DNA from: an uncultured Clostridia bacterium
GTDB lineage: Bacteria > Bacillota > Clostridia > UMGS1883 > UMGS1540
DNA length: 64,000 bases
Direction: 5' to 3'
Assembly (NCBI GenBank): GCA_937966555.1
Contig: CALCLY010000022.1
Coordinates: 212,729-276,728, forward strand
Shown here in pieces: positions 38,448 to 48,635 of this stretch (the first letter of the stretch is position 1; every line of letters starts with the position of its first letter). Under the pieces are notes generated by a model. It was not told where the DNA came from, made no database searches, and saw only the letters and a list, made by a program, of their open reading frames with translations. The position numbers and the translations under genes were made by a program.

Positions 38448-41180
38448 TTATCTCTCCTCAAATTCTATTTCAATTTTATCTACTCGTGGTGTGCCGCAGC
38501 CGCATCGCGCAAAAAGCGTCATTCTGTATTGCATATACCGTTTGTTTTCCGCAGCGCTTTTACCGCCGTTTGAAATTATTTCTCCCCACGGCGCATTATA
38601 AAGTTCTTCCGCATTGTTTCCGAAACGAACCTGTATATATGTTTTACAGCCTTTTCCCAAAGTTTCATGCCATGAAGCTTTAAAAGTCTTTGAGCCTTTC
38701 GGCATCTCATACGCTTCGGAATAATAGTATTCGTTATCGCTTCTGTCCTTAACATTTCCTATATCAACGGTGTTCATGCCGTGCACACCGATTGTGGGCA
38801 ACTCTGTTTTTCGTGTTTCCGAAAGTCCGTCTTCACCGCCCCAGTAAATGTATGAATTGCACTTATGCATTCCCTCGCTCTTATGGTTTGCAACAGCAAG
38901 ATCGGTATATCCCCTTCCGCGAAAATCTCCGGCAAGACAGCCGCACGATGAACACCCTGCAAGAGGCTTTCTGTCCTCCATACGAAACATGCCGTTTCCG
39001 CTTCCGTAATAGACAAAAGCGTCTATATCGCGCGTCCGCGTGTTTGTGTACGAAGTTGCAAATATATCTAAAATTCCGTCATTGTTAAAGTCCGCTATAG
39101 TAACGGAATTTGCGCAGCTTGCGGGAAGTCTTGTTTTTCTGTTTTCGGAAAATCCGCCGGGTCCGCCCCAGTAAATCGTAACATACGACTCGGAATAGAC
39201 CTTCTTTCCTATTGCCATGTGTCCGCCTATAACAAGATCCAAATATCCGTTTCCGGTAAGATCCGCGGCGTTTGCACATGCAGCGCCGTCCGTTGCAAGA
39301 ATCTGCATATTTTCGGCGGAAAAACCTTCAGGTCCTCCCCAAAGAATCATGCAGTTTTTACCTGTAATCTGTGAAACAAATATATCAAGCCACCCGTCAC
39401 CGTTGAAATCTGCGGCAAAAAGCCAGCGTATTCCGCCATACTCCTTTAAAATTTCCCATTCTTCATCCGAATAGACAGGATCTTTGCCTTCAACCTCCCA
39501 TTTGTCCGGAGTAAATGTTTCGGGATTCGGACCCAAAACAATTTTTTTGACTCTGTCTGTGCTGTAGCCGTCCGCGCCGCCTTCATATACCAAAAGTTCG
39601 CGATTTTTTATACCTCCCGTTATTATGTCAAGATAGCCGCTGTGCCGAAAATCTCCCACAGCCGCGCCATGCGGCAATATTGCAGGTATAACCTCCATAT
39701 GGTCGTTCGAAAGCCCTTCACCGTCATTTTTATAAAGGTAAAGTCCTCGCGATAAGTGCGGTGCATTTTCGGCACAATTTACAACCAGCACATCTGGATA
39801 TCCGTTATCCGAAAAATCAGCAAATTTTACTTCCACCGCGGCAAGACCCGGAAGTTTTATTTTCCTGTCGGCGCAGTAGCCGTCTTCATCGCCGAGATAG
39901 ATATATATATCTTCTTTGCCCAAAACCGTTTCACTTTCATGATTTATTGAAACAACCTGATATTTTTCTTTTCCGCTGTCCGCAACAACAATTCTTGTTG
40001 CGCAAAGGCTTTCAATTTCTTTTACCTTTTTGATTTTTCTGTTTTTAAGACTCAGCACAAGGCTTTTAACATTATGCGTTTCCCTTGTGCTCGTCTGTGC
40101 GACAAAAATATAGTTTTCTCCGTTTTTTTCAAGCGGAGATACGGTAACTGTTCTTGCTCCCCGTGTTTTAAAAGGGACTGCGCTTTCCAAAGAAAATCCG
40201 TCTTTTTCAAAAAGAACCATGCTTTCTTCCGTTTTATCTCTGTCGGTCTGAACCGCCAACACCAAAGCGTTTTCGCCGTCTATGTACGAGGACGCGGCAT
40301 GCACGGCACAGCCGGCTTTAACGCGAAGCTCCTCTTTTTGTTTTCTCTCCGCAAAGCTTTCGAAAACAGCGTCTCCGTCTTCTCCTCTGAACGTACACAC
40401 TTTCCCGTTTAGAGTAACGGCAGCCGTGCACCAGCTGAGTCTTTTTATCGCCATTCTCCCCGCCGATGTAGTACTTACTTCTTCATCTATATATGTTTCA
40501 CCGTCAAAATCCGTAAATCTTTCTGCGTTTAAACCGTCTTCTCCGCCCCAATAAATACGCATTTTTCCGCATTGGCGCAAAACGTACGCATCATCATAGC
40601 CGTCCCCGTCAAAATCGGCGCATGTAACGCTTAATGCATCGGACTCTATATCTTCATACTTACAGCTTTCTATGCCGAGTGCTGTGGGATAGAATATACG
40701 CAGTCTTCCGCCGCCGGCAAATATAACGGCTTTTTTTCCGCTTTTCATAAAATCGCCAACATCAACCGATATTGCCCCGGGAGCAACCATATGAGTTTGA
40801 TATTTTTCACTGTACCCCTCTTCGCTTGCATAATAAATTGAAGACACAACATCGCCCGACACACCGTCATGCTGGCACGCCACAATCAAATCCTCTTTTC
40901 CGCTGCCTGAAACATCCGCGGCAACAGCGTCAAAAGCTCCGTTTGAATACAGCTCTCTGTAATCTCCGTTCAGTACATCATCATAGATATGAAGTTTCGG
41001 TCTCTCTCCCATTGCATGGCTGTTTGCAAAAGGTAAATCGGGGTATCCGTTTCCGGTCACATCAAAATTATATATTCTCTGCAAAACTCCTTTTGCGGAA
41101 ACATACAGATTTTGACCGCCGTTTCCGAGTTTACCCTTCATAAAATCGGAAAAGCTTTCCTTTTTCCATATTTTTGTCAT
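38448..41180 (-). CDS. FG-GAP/VCBS-repeat beta-propeller protein (integrin-alpha-like); no signal peptide; function unknown.
   Basis: Multiple repeats ADFNGDGWLDIFV, ADFNNDGILDIFA, GDFRHSGYLDIITG, ADLTGNGYLDLVIG and CADFDGDGYDDAYV. Start trimmed to ATG 41180 (AAGGGAGAAAAAAC RBS). Confidence 0.7.
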   Translation of the reverse strand: MTKIWKKESFSDFMKGKLGNGGQNLYVSAKGVLQRIYNFDVTGNGYPDLPFANSHAMGERPKLHIYDDVLNGDYRELYSNGAFDAVAADVSGSGKEDLIVACQHDGVSGDVVSSIYYASEEGYSEKYQTHMVAPGAISVDVGDFMKSGKKAVIFAGGGRLRIFYPTALGIESCKYEDIESDALSVTCADFDGDGYDDAYVLRQCGKMRIYWGGEDGLNAERFTDFDGETYIDEEVSTTSAGRMAIKRLSWCTAAVTLNGKVCTFRGEDGDAVFESFAERKQKEELRVKAGCAVHAASSYIDGENALVLAVQTDRDKTEESMVLFEKDGFSLESAVPFKTRGARTVTVSPLEKNGENYIFVAQTSTRETHNVKSLVLSLKNRKIKKVKEIESLCATRIVVADSGKEKYQVVSINHESETVLGKEDIYIYLGDEDGYCADRKIKLPGLAAVEVKFADFSDNGYPDVLVVNCAENAPHLSRGLYLYKNDGEGLSNDHMEVIPAILPHGAAVGDFRHSGYLDIITGGIKNRELLVYEGGADGYSTDRVKKIVLGPNPETFTPDKWEVEGKDPVYSDEEWEILKEYGGIRWLFAADFNGDGWLDIFVSQITGKNCMILWGGPEGFSAENMQILATDGAACANAADLTGNGYLDLVIGGHMAIGKKVYSESYVTIYWGGPGGFSENRKTRLPASCANSVTIADFNNDGILDIFATSYTNTRTRDIDAFVYYGSGNGMFRMEDRKPLAGCSSCGCLAGDFRGRGYTDLAVANHKSEGMHKCNSYIYWGGEDGLSETRKTELPTIGVHGMNTVDIGNVKDRSDNEYYYSEAYEMPKGSKTFKASWHETLGKGCKTYIQVRFGNNAEELYNAPWGEIISNGGKSAAENKRYMQYRMTLFARCGCGTPRVDKIEIEFEER

Positions 41181-41205
41181 GTTTTTTCTCCCTTCGGAAT
41201 GTCCG

Positions 41206-43845
41206 TTATTTGTATACAACAATAACACCGTTTGTTGTATATGAAGTATAAAGAATTATCTTGGAACCTTTTCCTGCCGTTTTATAATCAATTAAATCAG
41301 ACACTTTACCGTTTTTCACTTTATTGTTTCTTTCTGAAGAATCATAAACTATAACCGCAAATCTGTCTGCCGGATAACTTTCGAGCTTATCATAGCCCAA
41401 AACCGTACCGCTTCCGGGAATAGATCCTTTATATACAAGCATATTGCCGCCGTAAATCGAATAAATTTCGTTTAAGCTTATTCTGAGCTGGCTGTTCGGC
41501 GCCTCGGTATTATAGAAAGTATCGGGATATTTAAAGTTATCTCCGGCGCGGTCATATATAAGCTCTACTGTTGTTATCTTCCCGAAATCGTTTGCGGCAA
41601 ATCTTATAACATCACCTTCGGCAAGAGTATGTACTTTTCCCGAGCCGTCAAGCTCAAGAATATTTTGTAAAACTCCGCTGTCTTTTACCACCGCGCTGCT
41701 TGCTCCGCTTTTATCCGTGTAATAAATTTTTTCCTGCAAAGAACCGTCACTGCCCACAATTTTTGCCGTATCCGTTACCACGGCAATACTGTTTGTGATA
41801 GGAATCTGTTCTGCAGTTTCCGAAGACTGCAGCACAACAGCCTCTGCCATATGAGATTCTTCATTAGACTTATACGCCTCAATTGAATATTTGTCATTCG
41901 GCACAAGGAAAGATGTGTTCGATGTAATATAGTATTCATCGTCTGAATTATCTTCTTCGGGCACGCGGAAAATAACAGTTTTTCCGCTCGTTGCAATTTT
42001 TGAGCCGAAAATTCCTGTGGTTCTTCTCCACTCAAGCTTTTCCTCCGATTTCGGAACACCCGAAGAATCCACAAAGCTTGAAAACATGCGTTTTAAAGTA
42101 TTGGCATTTTCGTTTTTTCCTTTTGAAGGAGTATCAATATCAGTCAGTCTGCCCGCCGAATCGGTAAGGTATTTTATTACGCAGCTTTCAAGTTTTCCTC
42201 CTGCCGTCAAATAAGAATATGCGTCATTTTTGCTTAAGTATTCTCCGTCAACAAAAAGTTTGTCGGCAGATTCAAAAACCTTTATTTTGTTATCTGCCGT
42301 AAGGACTTTGTACTCGCATACACCGCTGATTCCTTTTTTCAGCTTAGCATTTATAAGATATCCGAGACCCAAGTCGGCTGATGATATATCTCTGTTCACG
42401 GTTGCAATCTTATTAAGAGTTGTTAAGCCGAAAACCGCCGTATCTCCTATTTTAAGTTCTTCGTTTTCTGCAAAAGCATGTGTAGTGCGGTATCTGACAC
42501 CGCCTATCGTAACATACATATTCCGTCCGCTTTTTTCAATCGCTTCTACACTTCCGCGTGCCTCTCTGTTTGAGAAAACGGCTTTAATAATTTCTCCGTT
42601 CTCACTTCTTCTCACGGAAACCACGTCGTATCTTACAAGCTCGCTTATAAACATAACGTTGCCGTATTCGTCCGTAAAGCTTACGTTTCCCTCACCGTTA
42701 TCCTTAAGGCATACGGATTTTTGGCTTTCGTAAATGTCATATATGGTTTTGCTTGAAGCGTCCGCTATCTTTACGGCAAAATCCTCCGTTATATTCATAA
42801 ATATAACATCGGCTTTTCCATCGGAATTATTATCCGTCAGGCTTATCTCGCCTTGCCTATTTTCAAAAAGAGCGGAATTTACTTTTGAAACCTTAACATC
42901 GTTAAAAAGGATCACAGCGTCCGACGCAATTTTTTCCGTAACCTCTTTTCCGTTTTCGTCATATTTGAGTTCTGTTACGGAAAAAGCGTAAACATCCTCC
43001 GCGTCAATTTTTACGCTTGTGTTCCCGACAGAACAAATTGCCAAAACCTCTACGGAATCCGCATCGTAATAAAAAAGTGTATTCATTCCCACAAAATCCG
43101 AAATATCTTCTATATCTGTGTTGTATTTAATTCCGTTTATCAAAACCGTTCCTTCATCATACGCAACATTGTCATACAAAGATTTGTTTTTAACACCGTT
43201 TACAATTCCTTCGCCGCTTTCGATATCATGTGAAAGCTTTAATATCGTTTCGCCTTCTTTTATCTCATACTCTATTGTTTTTCCGATGGTTTTCGGAACC
43301 ATTACATCTGCTCCTATAGAATTAAAAAGCATTGTCTGCATGTCGCGGAACACAAGATTTGCATTCCCGAACATATTTATTCCGCGAAGAACCTTCTGCT
43401 CATCGGCAAGTACAATATATCCGCTCGGATAGCCGCCTTTGTATTCGGCATAATCACCGTAGCCAAGCATACACATAACCATTTTGCAAGCTTCGTTATA
43501 TGTTATATAATCGTCAGGTCTCGCCGCTCCGCCGTAAATAAGTCCGCGTTTCTGTGCATTGGCCATAATGCCGTATTTGTCATGAAAACCGTTTATGTCC
43601 GAAAACTCAACATCCTTTTCCTCACAAACTGTTGATGCATTCATTATTTTAAGAAGAGCCTCGGTAAAATCCGCTCTTTTCACAGGTTCTGCCGCGTCCG
43701 TATATTCACCGACAGAAAAACCAAGCTGTGTCAAAACGCGCTTTTTACCTTCAAAATCCGTGTTTTTGGAAGCAGCAAGTCCCGTAACGGCACTCATGTT
43801 CAAAACAGCCGCACAAAAAACCACAGACAGTATTTTTTTAATCAT
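41206..43845 (-). CDS. Secreted cell-surface protein with an SLH-like N-terminal module and an 879-aa body of unknown function; paralog of the 1..2037 product.
   Basis: Signal peptide MIKKILSVVFCAAVLNMSAVTGLAA and RBS GGAGGTGA. The N-terminal 150 aa are homologous to the 1..2037 protein. ATGA overlap with the upstream gene. Confidence 0.65.
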   Translation of the reverse strand: MIKKILSVVFCAAVLNMSAVTGLAASKNTDFEGKKRVLTQLGFSVGEYTDAAEPVKRADFTEALLKIMNASTVCEEKDVEFSDINGFHDKYGIMANAQKRGLIYGGAARPDDYITYNEACKMVMCMLGYGDYAEYKGGYPSGYIVLADEQKVLRGINMFGNANLVFRDMQTMLFNSIGADVMVPKTIGKTIEYEIKEGETILKLSHDIESGEGIVNGVKNKSLYDNVAYDEGTVLINGIKYNTDIEDISDFVGMNTLFYYDADSVEVLAICSVGNTSVKIDAEDVYAFSVTELKYDENGKEVTEKIASDAVILFNDVKVSKVNSALFENRQGEISLTDNNSDGKADVIFMNITEDFAVKIADASSKTIYDIYESQKSVCLKDNGEGNVSFTDEYGNVMFISELVRYDVVSVRRSENGEIIKAVFSNREARGSVEAIEKSGRNMYVTIGGVRYRTTHAFAENEELKIGDTAVFGLTTLNKIATVNRDISSADLGLGYLINAKLKKGISGVCEYKVLTADNKIKVFESADKLFVDGEYLSKNDAYSYLTAGGKLESCVIKYLTDSAGRLTDIDTPSKGKNENANTLKRMFSSFVDSSGVPKSEEKLEWRRTTGIFGSKIATSGKTVIFRVPEEDNSDDEYYITSNTSFLVPNDKYSIEAYKSNEESHMAEAVVLQSSETAEQIPITNSIAVVTDTAKIVGSDGSLQEKIYYTDKSGASSAVVKDSGVLQNILELDGSGKVHTLAEGDVIRFAANDFGKITTVELIYDRAGDNFKYPDTFYNTEAPNSQLRISLNEIYSIYGGNMLVYKGSIPGSGTVLGYDKLESYPADRFAVIVYDSSERNNKVKNGKVSDLIDYKTAGKGSKIILYTSYTTNGVIVVYK

Positions 43846-46800
43846 TTTCCGTCACCTCCGATTTTTAATGCTTCGTAAATCATTTTTGCCGCTTCGGCAC
43901 GGGTTGCAAATTTCACAGGTTCAAAATTACCGTTTCCCGTTCCGCTTAAAACTTTTGCCGAATACAAAGCCGAAACAGCTTCTTTTGCATAATCCGATAT
44001 TTTTTCAAAATCCGAAAAATCCGCTGTTTTCTCAGACGCTTTAAGCTGTGCGGCTCTGAAAATTATCACCGCCATATCCTGTCTTGTGACATTGTCTCCT
44101 ATACCGAAAATCTTTGCATTCCTTCCCAAAACAATTCCGTTTTTAAAAGCGGAAGAAACATAACCGTAATACCATGCTTTTTTATTTACATCATCAAAAC
44201 TGCTTTCGGCTTTCTCATCATAATCCGAAAAAGCAAGCAAAGCAAGCTTTGTAAACTCTTCACGCGTTATTTTATCGCCGGGTGCAAATGTTTTGCCGCT
44301 GCGTCCCTTTATAATGTCTTTTTCACATAAAGCATATATGGCTTCACGCGCCCAGTCAAACCCGTCAAGATCGGTAAATTCAGTATTAGTTTTCGATGTA
44401 TCGTTTCCGTTTTTACCCGCAAGCTCTATTTTTGTTGTATTCCCTCCGCCGCTGCCCGAAGATGATGAATTTCCGGAGGAAGTGCCGCTTTCCGCTTTCT
44501 TTTGTTTTTTCACAAGAGCGGAAAATTCATCGTAAAAATCCGAAACAGTTTCAAACATTTTTCCGGAAAGGCTTGAATTTACCGGGACTTTGTTTTTCAG
44601 CTTTTCATAATCTGCCAGATCGAATTTTAAAAATACATTATTATCTTTTATGATCGCTGTAATATTCGTCTGATTTTTTGTTCCTTCAACAGCTCTTAAA
44701 ACCGTTCTTTCGTTAAATAATTTCTGCAGCTCTTCATCTTTTAATTTTTTTGCTATATCGGCATACACATTTTCTTTAACTTTTTCGTTTTGTTCAGCAA
44801 ATGTTTTATACGCCTCAAAATTTTTACAGCCTATTTGATCCGCGTATTTTTCAAATAACTCTTTTATATCCGAGCCGTCTTTTGCAAATTCAAGTTTCGT
44901 ATATGCGCATGCTTTCAAAAATACGGTGTTAAACTCTTCAATGGATTTAAACTTTTCATCTTCAAGTTTTGCACGGCTTGAAACCACATATTCTGTCAGA
45001 AACTTATATTCGTCATCATTCATTAAATTAATCTCGGAAATATCTCCCGCAAAAACGTCTTTGTATTCTTCAGCCGCTGTCTTTATATTAAGTTCGGCAG
45101 CGTTAACACATTCAAGGGCGCTTTTTATTCTCTTGGGAGAAACGTATGAAAAACAATCTGCCTTAAATGTGCTTTTTCCGTCTTTCACAATAAGCATTCC
45201 GTACTTTCCGCCTGTTTCGCCGGGGTAAAACGCAAAAACATCTTTTTCTGCTTTGTCAAACTGTTTGATAAAAACAATATTTTCCGCAAGAGACGCGCCG
45301 TCTTTTATATCCTCGGCTGTTTTTCCGGGTTTCAGTATCAAAGCCGTAGTAGTGCCGCCCGTAATACCTGCACCACTCACCGTAACGATACCTGTATCCA
45401 TATCTTCGTGAAAACTTTCCGTTCTCTTTTCCGTATCCTTCAAAGGTTCTGTTCCGAAAAAAGCTCGGTTTTTCATCGGGTTCATTTCCGGTATACTGTC
45501 CCAAATATAAGACTCACAATAATTACCCTCGGATATCGGAGCTGAAACAGAATATTCAGTCATGCTCCCGTCAAGTACATTTTCCTCTGCCATCAAAAAC
45601 AGAAGTTCGTTTGTTTCGCCGTCAAAAACAGCAAGTGCAATTGTAAATTTTTCCTCGCTGCCGTCATAAACCGCGCCGCTTACGGATGCTTTAACTTTTG
45701 AATCTTCGGACGAAATCGAAATATCGCTGAGGTCATATCTGTTTTTTACAATAACGTTAAACTTTCCGTCATATGTATTTCCCAAAACATCGCGAACACC
45801 GCTGACATTTACCGCATATGTTTTTCCGTATTCAAAATCAGACAGTGAAAGCGCGACTTGTTTCTCATCCGTCAAAACGGCGTTAATTTCTTTTCCGTCG
45901 GACTTATAAGTTCCGCACTCTGCTATTGGGTTCGAGAACGAAACGCAAACTTCACCCGGAACTATTGCAAAAATCTCCGGATCCGGTGTTAACCCGGAGA
46001 TATAAAGTCCTTCGTTTTGGTTTATGCCAAAGGTTTTTACAATTGTTTCTCCTTCGCCGCTGCCTTCGGTATAAATTCCGGCATTTTTCATCGGAATACA
46101 CGATGCCGGCAGCGAAGCTTCCGCAAGCACCGTTTCCCCGTTTAAAACGGAAACGGTTTTTTTCACAGTGTCAGTCTCCGCCTTCAGAGCAAGAATTTCG
46201 CCGTCTTTATAGCTGCCCTTTTCCTCTCCCAAAATATAAATTTTTTCGTCTTTAAGTTCAATTGTTTTTTCACCGTTTAATGCAAAGAAGCTTTCGCTGC
46301 CTTTGGGCAAGACAGAAAAATCAAACCTGTATTTTCCGTAAAAATCATGCGGATATGAATATGTAAATCCGCTTTTCTGCGGCAAATCACCCGGGAGAAC
46401 AATTCCGTTTTCGTTAATATCTGCCGCTCCGTCAACCTTCAGTTCTTCGGGCATTGAATCCAAGCCCTCAAAACCGTAATTTGCACAAGCGTCGGGGTAA
46501 TGAGGAGCAGTTACATTCACAGCCATATCATCATAAATAGTATGCGATGTGTCTTTTCTTCCCGAATAACCGAAAAGCAGTATGTTTATATCACGCAGAT
46601 TCGCCGCTCTCTGAAGATAATATCCGCTGTCCGAAAACTCTCCATCCACGGAAGATATGCTCCATGTATAATAAGCCGTCTCAATATTGTACTTTATCTC
46701 TATATCATACCATATGCCCGTTCTTGTTTTAAAGTCCTGAACTCTTTTTTCAAACATTTGCAAAGATCCGTTTGGCTCAAAATATCCCGCCATATACGCT

Positions 46801-47174
46801 GACGAAGATGCGCTTGAACGAAGAAGAATGGTTCTTCCGCTGTTAAAATCCTCAAGCTGCATCGAAAGATTTATCTTTATTGAATCCGTAACAGGTTTTT
46901 TAAAGTTATATCTCAGCGAAAGATAAGCTTGAGTTTTGTTTATAAGTTCAAGGCTTATTCCTCTGTCCGTCTTAGCCGCACGCGCACCGTCGGTTCCGCT
47001 TTTTCCGTAATTAAAAGTGAAACTGCCCAAAGTATTGCCGGCAGGTAAAACCGCAAGTGTATCGTCATCGCCTTTAAAGTCTTCAAACCTCATTGCGGGC
47101 TGAGTGTCGGCAAAAGCGCCCAGAGGTGATGCGAGCATAAACCCCGCACATACAAGAGAAATAATTTTTTTCAT
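43842..47174 (-). CDS. Large secreted surface protein: N-terminal LamG/ConA-like jelly-roll domain, a central domain of unknown function and three C-terminal S-layer homology (SLH) domains.
   Basis: Signal peptide MKKIISLVCAGFMLASPLGAFA and AAGGAGG RBS. The C-terminus carries three canonical SLH repeats (FTDLDGFDWAREAIYALCEKDIIKGR..., FDDVNKKAWYYGYVSSAFKNGIVLG..., FSDFEKISDYAKEAVSALYSAKVLSG...). The N-terminus contains WYDIEIKYN...SISSVDGE. Confidence 0.75.
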   Translation of the reverse strand: MKKIISLVCAGFMLASPLGAFADTQPAMRFEDFKGDDDTLAVLPAGNTLGSFTFNYGKSGTDGARAAKTDRGISLELINKTQAYLSLRYNFKKPVTDSIKINLSMQLEDFNSGRTILLRSSASSSAYMAGYFEPNGSLQMFEKRVQDFKTRTGIWYDIEIKYNIETAYYTWSISSVDGEFSDSGYYLQRAANLRDINILLFGYSGRKDTSHTIYDDMAVNVTAPHYPDACANYGFEGLDSMPEELKVDGAADINENGIVLPGDLPQKSGFTYSYPHDFYGKYRFDFSVLPKGSESFFALNGEKTIELKDEKIYILGEEKGSYKDGEILALKAETDTVKKTVSVLNGETVLAEASLPASCIPMKNAGIYTEGSGEGETIVKTFGINQNEGLYISGLTPDPEIFAIVPGEVCVSFSNPIAECGTYKSDGKEINAVLTDEKQVALSLSDFEYGKTYAVNVSGVRDVLGNTYDGKFNVIVKNRYDLSDISISSEDSKVKASVSGAVYDGSEEKFTIALAVFDGETNELLFLMAEENVLDGSMTEYSVSAPISEGNYCESYIWDSIPEMNPMKNRAFFGTEPLKDTEKRTESFHEDMDTGIVTVSGAGITGGTTTALILKPGKTAEDIKDGASLAENIVFIKQFDKAEKDVFAFYPGETGGKYGMLIVKDGKSTFKADCFSYVSPKRIKSALECVNAAELNIKTAAEEYKDVFAGDISEINLMNDDEYKFLTEYVVSSRAKLEDEKFKSIEEFNTVFLKACAYTKLEFAKDGSDIKELFEKYADQIGCKNFEAYKTFAEQNEKVKENVYADIAKKLKDEELQKLFNERTVLRAVEGTKNQTNITAIIKDNNVFLKFDLADYEKLKNKVPVNSSLSGKMFETVSDFYDEFSALVKKQKKAESGTSSGNSSSSGSGGGNTTKIELAGKNGNDTSKTNTEFTDLDGFDWAREAIYALCEKDIIKGRSGKTFAPGDKITREEFTKLALLAFSDYDEKAESSFDDVNKKAWYYGYVSSAFKNGIVLGRNAKIFGIGDNVTRQDMAVIIFRAAQLKASEKTADFSDFEKISDYAKEAVSALYSAKVLSGTGNGNFEPVKFATRAEAAKMIYEALKIGGDGK

Positions 47175-47184
47175 GATTGCCTCC

Positions 47185-48597
47185 TTACTTTTCGATATGC
47201 GTTACTACTTTTATTTTTCCGCTTTTCAAGACTTCGGTTTTTTCAAAACCACCTTCCTTTTCACTATAAAAATCAATAAAAGATGTTGTTCCCTTCATCT
47301 TATTAAATTCCTCCTCACTAACTTCTTTCAGAGATATATTATTAAGAAGCATTTTTGCTGTATCTCCGTAAAACGCTTCATAATTTTCAAGTTTAAATTT
47401 TACACTTTCAAGTTTTTCAAAGGGTTTATCCTTAATATGTACCCGAGTAAATTCCTCTCCGCCGCATGAAACCGAAAGAGTATGCTCTCCGCTCTTTGTA
47501 TCGGCAAAAATTTTCAGGTTATAAATCAAATCTGTTCTCGGAGTAAATCCCGTGCTTGCACCGCCGAAAACCAAAGTTCCGCTTAATGCTTTAAACTCCA
47601 GTATTTTTTCATCGTTTAAATATACGCATTTATCACTGTTCAAATCCGGGAATCCTATATCCGTCTCAAACAAAATGAAGTTTTCCGCACTCACGGAAAA
47701 TTTTTTACAAACCTCTGTTCCTGAGTTAAAATTTTCACAAACAGAAAGCATTTTTCCGTTTAAATTGCGTTCCGTAAACATTCCCGAAAATTTATGTTCA
47801 GCGTCATAAAATCCGTATATACCGGAACCCGTAAATCCCTCCGGTGGCAAAGTGCCGTCTTTTGATTCATAATAGTTTTCAAAACTTACCGTTTCATTTT
47901 CTTTATAAAGTGCAGGCGTGTGTTCAATCAGCACATCGTCTATATAAGTTTTACAAACATCGCTTGAAATCTTTCCGGACTCTTCGAACAAAACTTGTTC
48001 AACACTATCAAGCCCTTCAAACGGAGCAAAGCCTGTAAAGTCAAATTCCGTACTGCGCCATGTTATACATATTTTTGCAAAACATGATGTCACATCATAC
48101 TTTATGTCAACGTCATACCACTCATTTGGGACGCCGTAAAGCGTATTGAAACCGTTTTTGAGTTTTTGTCCCATAACCGTTATAAGGTTGCTGTCTTCCC
48201 ACTTTATAATATTATAGGGAACGCTGGAGCCTTTCTTTCTGAACCGGAAAAAGTGAATAGTTTCACCGTCCCCGCCGGTTATTTTAAAAGAATATTTTAC
48301 ATGAATGCCCTCTGCAGCGCAGTTTCCCGAGCCGAAAACATATCTCACGCCCGGATATTGATCCTTTTCATGAACCAGAACAAGACTTGTTCCCTTTCCC
48401 GTCTTTTCCGCCGTCACCCCGTCATTGGTACAATTGTTAAGACTCCATGCACCGTATGAACCTTTTTCGGGAAGCGATTTAAGAGATGAGCCGGGGGAAT
48501 AGCTTTCAAAATCAAAGCTGTCCCCCACACTCCCCTGAGCGGAAACCAAACTACATAAAAGCGTTAATGCCAAAACCGCGCCGATACACTTTTTCAA
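47185..48597 (-). CDS. Secreted protein with two tandem LamG/ConA-like jelly-roll domains; paralog of the neighbouring genes; TTG start.
   Basis: Starts at TTG 48597 (MKKCIGAVLALTLLCSLVSAQG signal peptide, AAAGGAG RBS 10 nt upstream, no in-frame ATG). Carries the domain motif NEWYDVDIKYDV. Confidence 0.6.
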   Translation of the reverse strand: MKKCIGAVLALTLLCSLVSAQGSVGDSFDFESYSPGSSLKSLPEKGSYGAWSLNNCTNDGVTAEKTGKGTSLVLVHEKDQYPGVRYVFGSGNCAAEGIHVKYSFKITGGDGETIHFFRFRKKGSSVPYNIIKWEDSNLITVMGQKLKNGFNTLYGVPNEWYDVDIKYDVTSCFAKICITWRSTEFDFTGFAPFEGLDSVEQVLFEESGKISSDVCKTYIDDVLIEHTPALYKENETVSFENYYESKDGTLPPEGFTGSGIYGFYDAEHKFSGMFTERNLNGKMLSVCENFNSGTEVCKKFSVSAENFILFETDIGFPDLNSDKCVYLNDEKILEFKALSGTLVFGGASTGFTPRTDLIYNLKIFADTKSGEHTLSVSCGGEEFTRVHIKDKPFEKLESVKFKLENYEAFYGDTAKMLLNNISLKEVSEEEFNKMKGTTSFIDFYSEKEGGFEKTEVLKSGKIKVVTHIEK

Positions 48598-48635
48598 TTT
48601 CCGCTCACTCCTTTCATTTTCCTCTTTTTTGCAAG

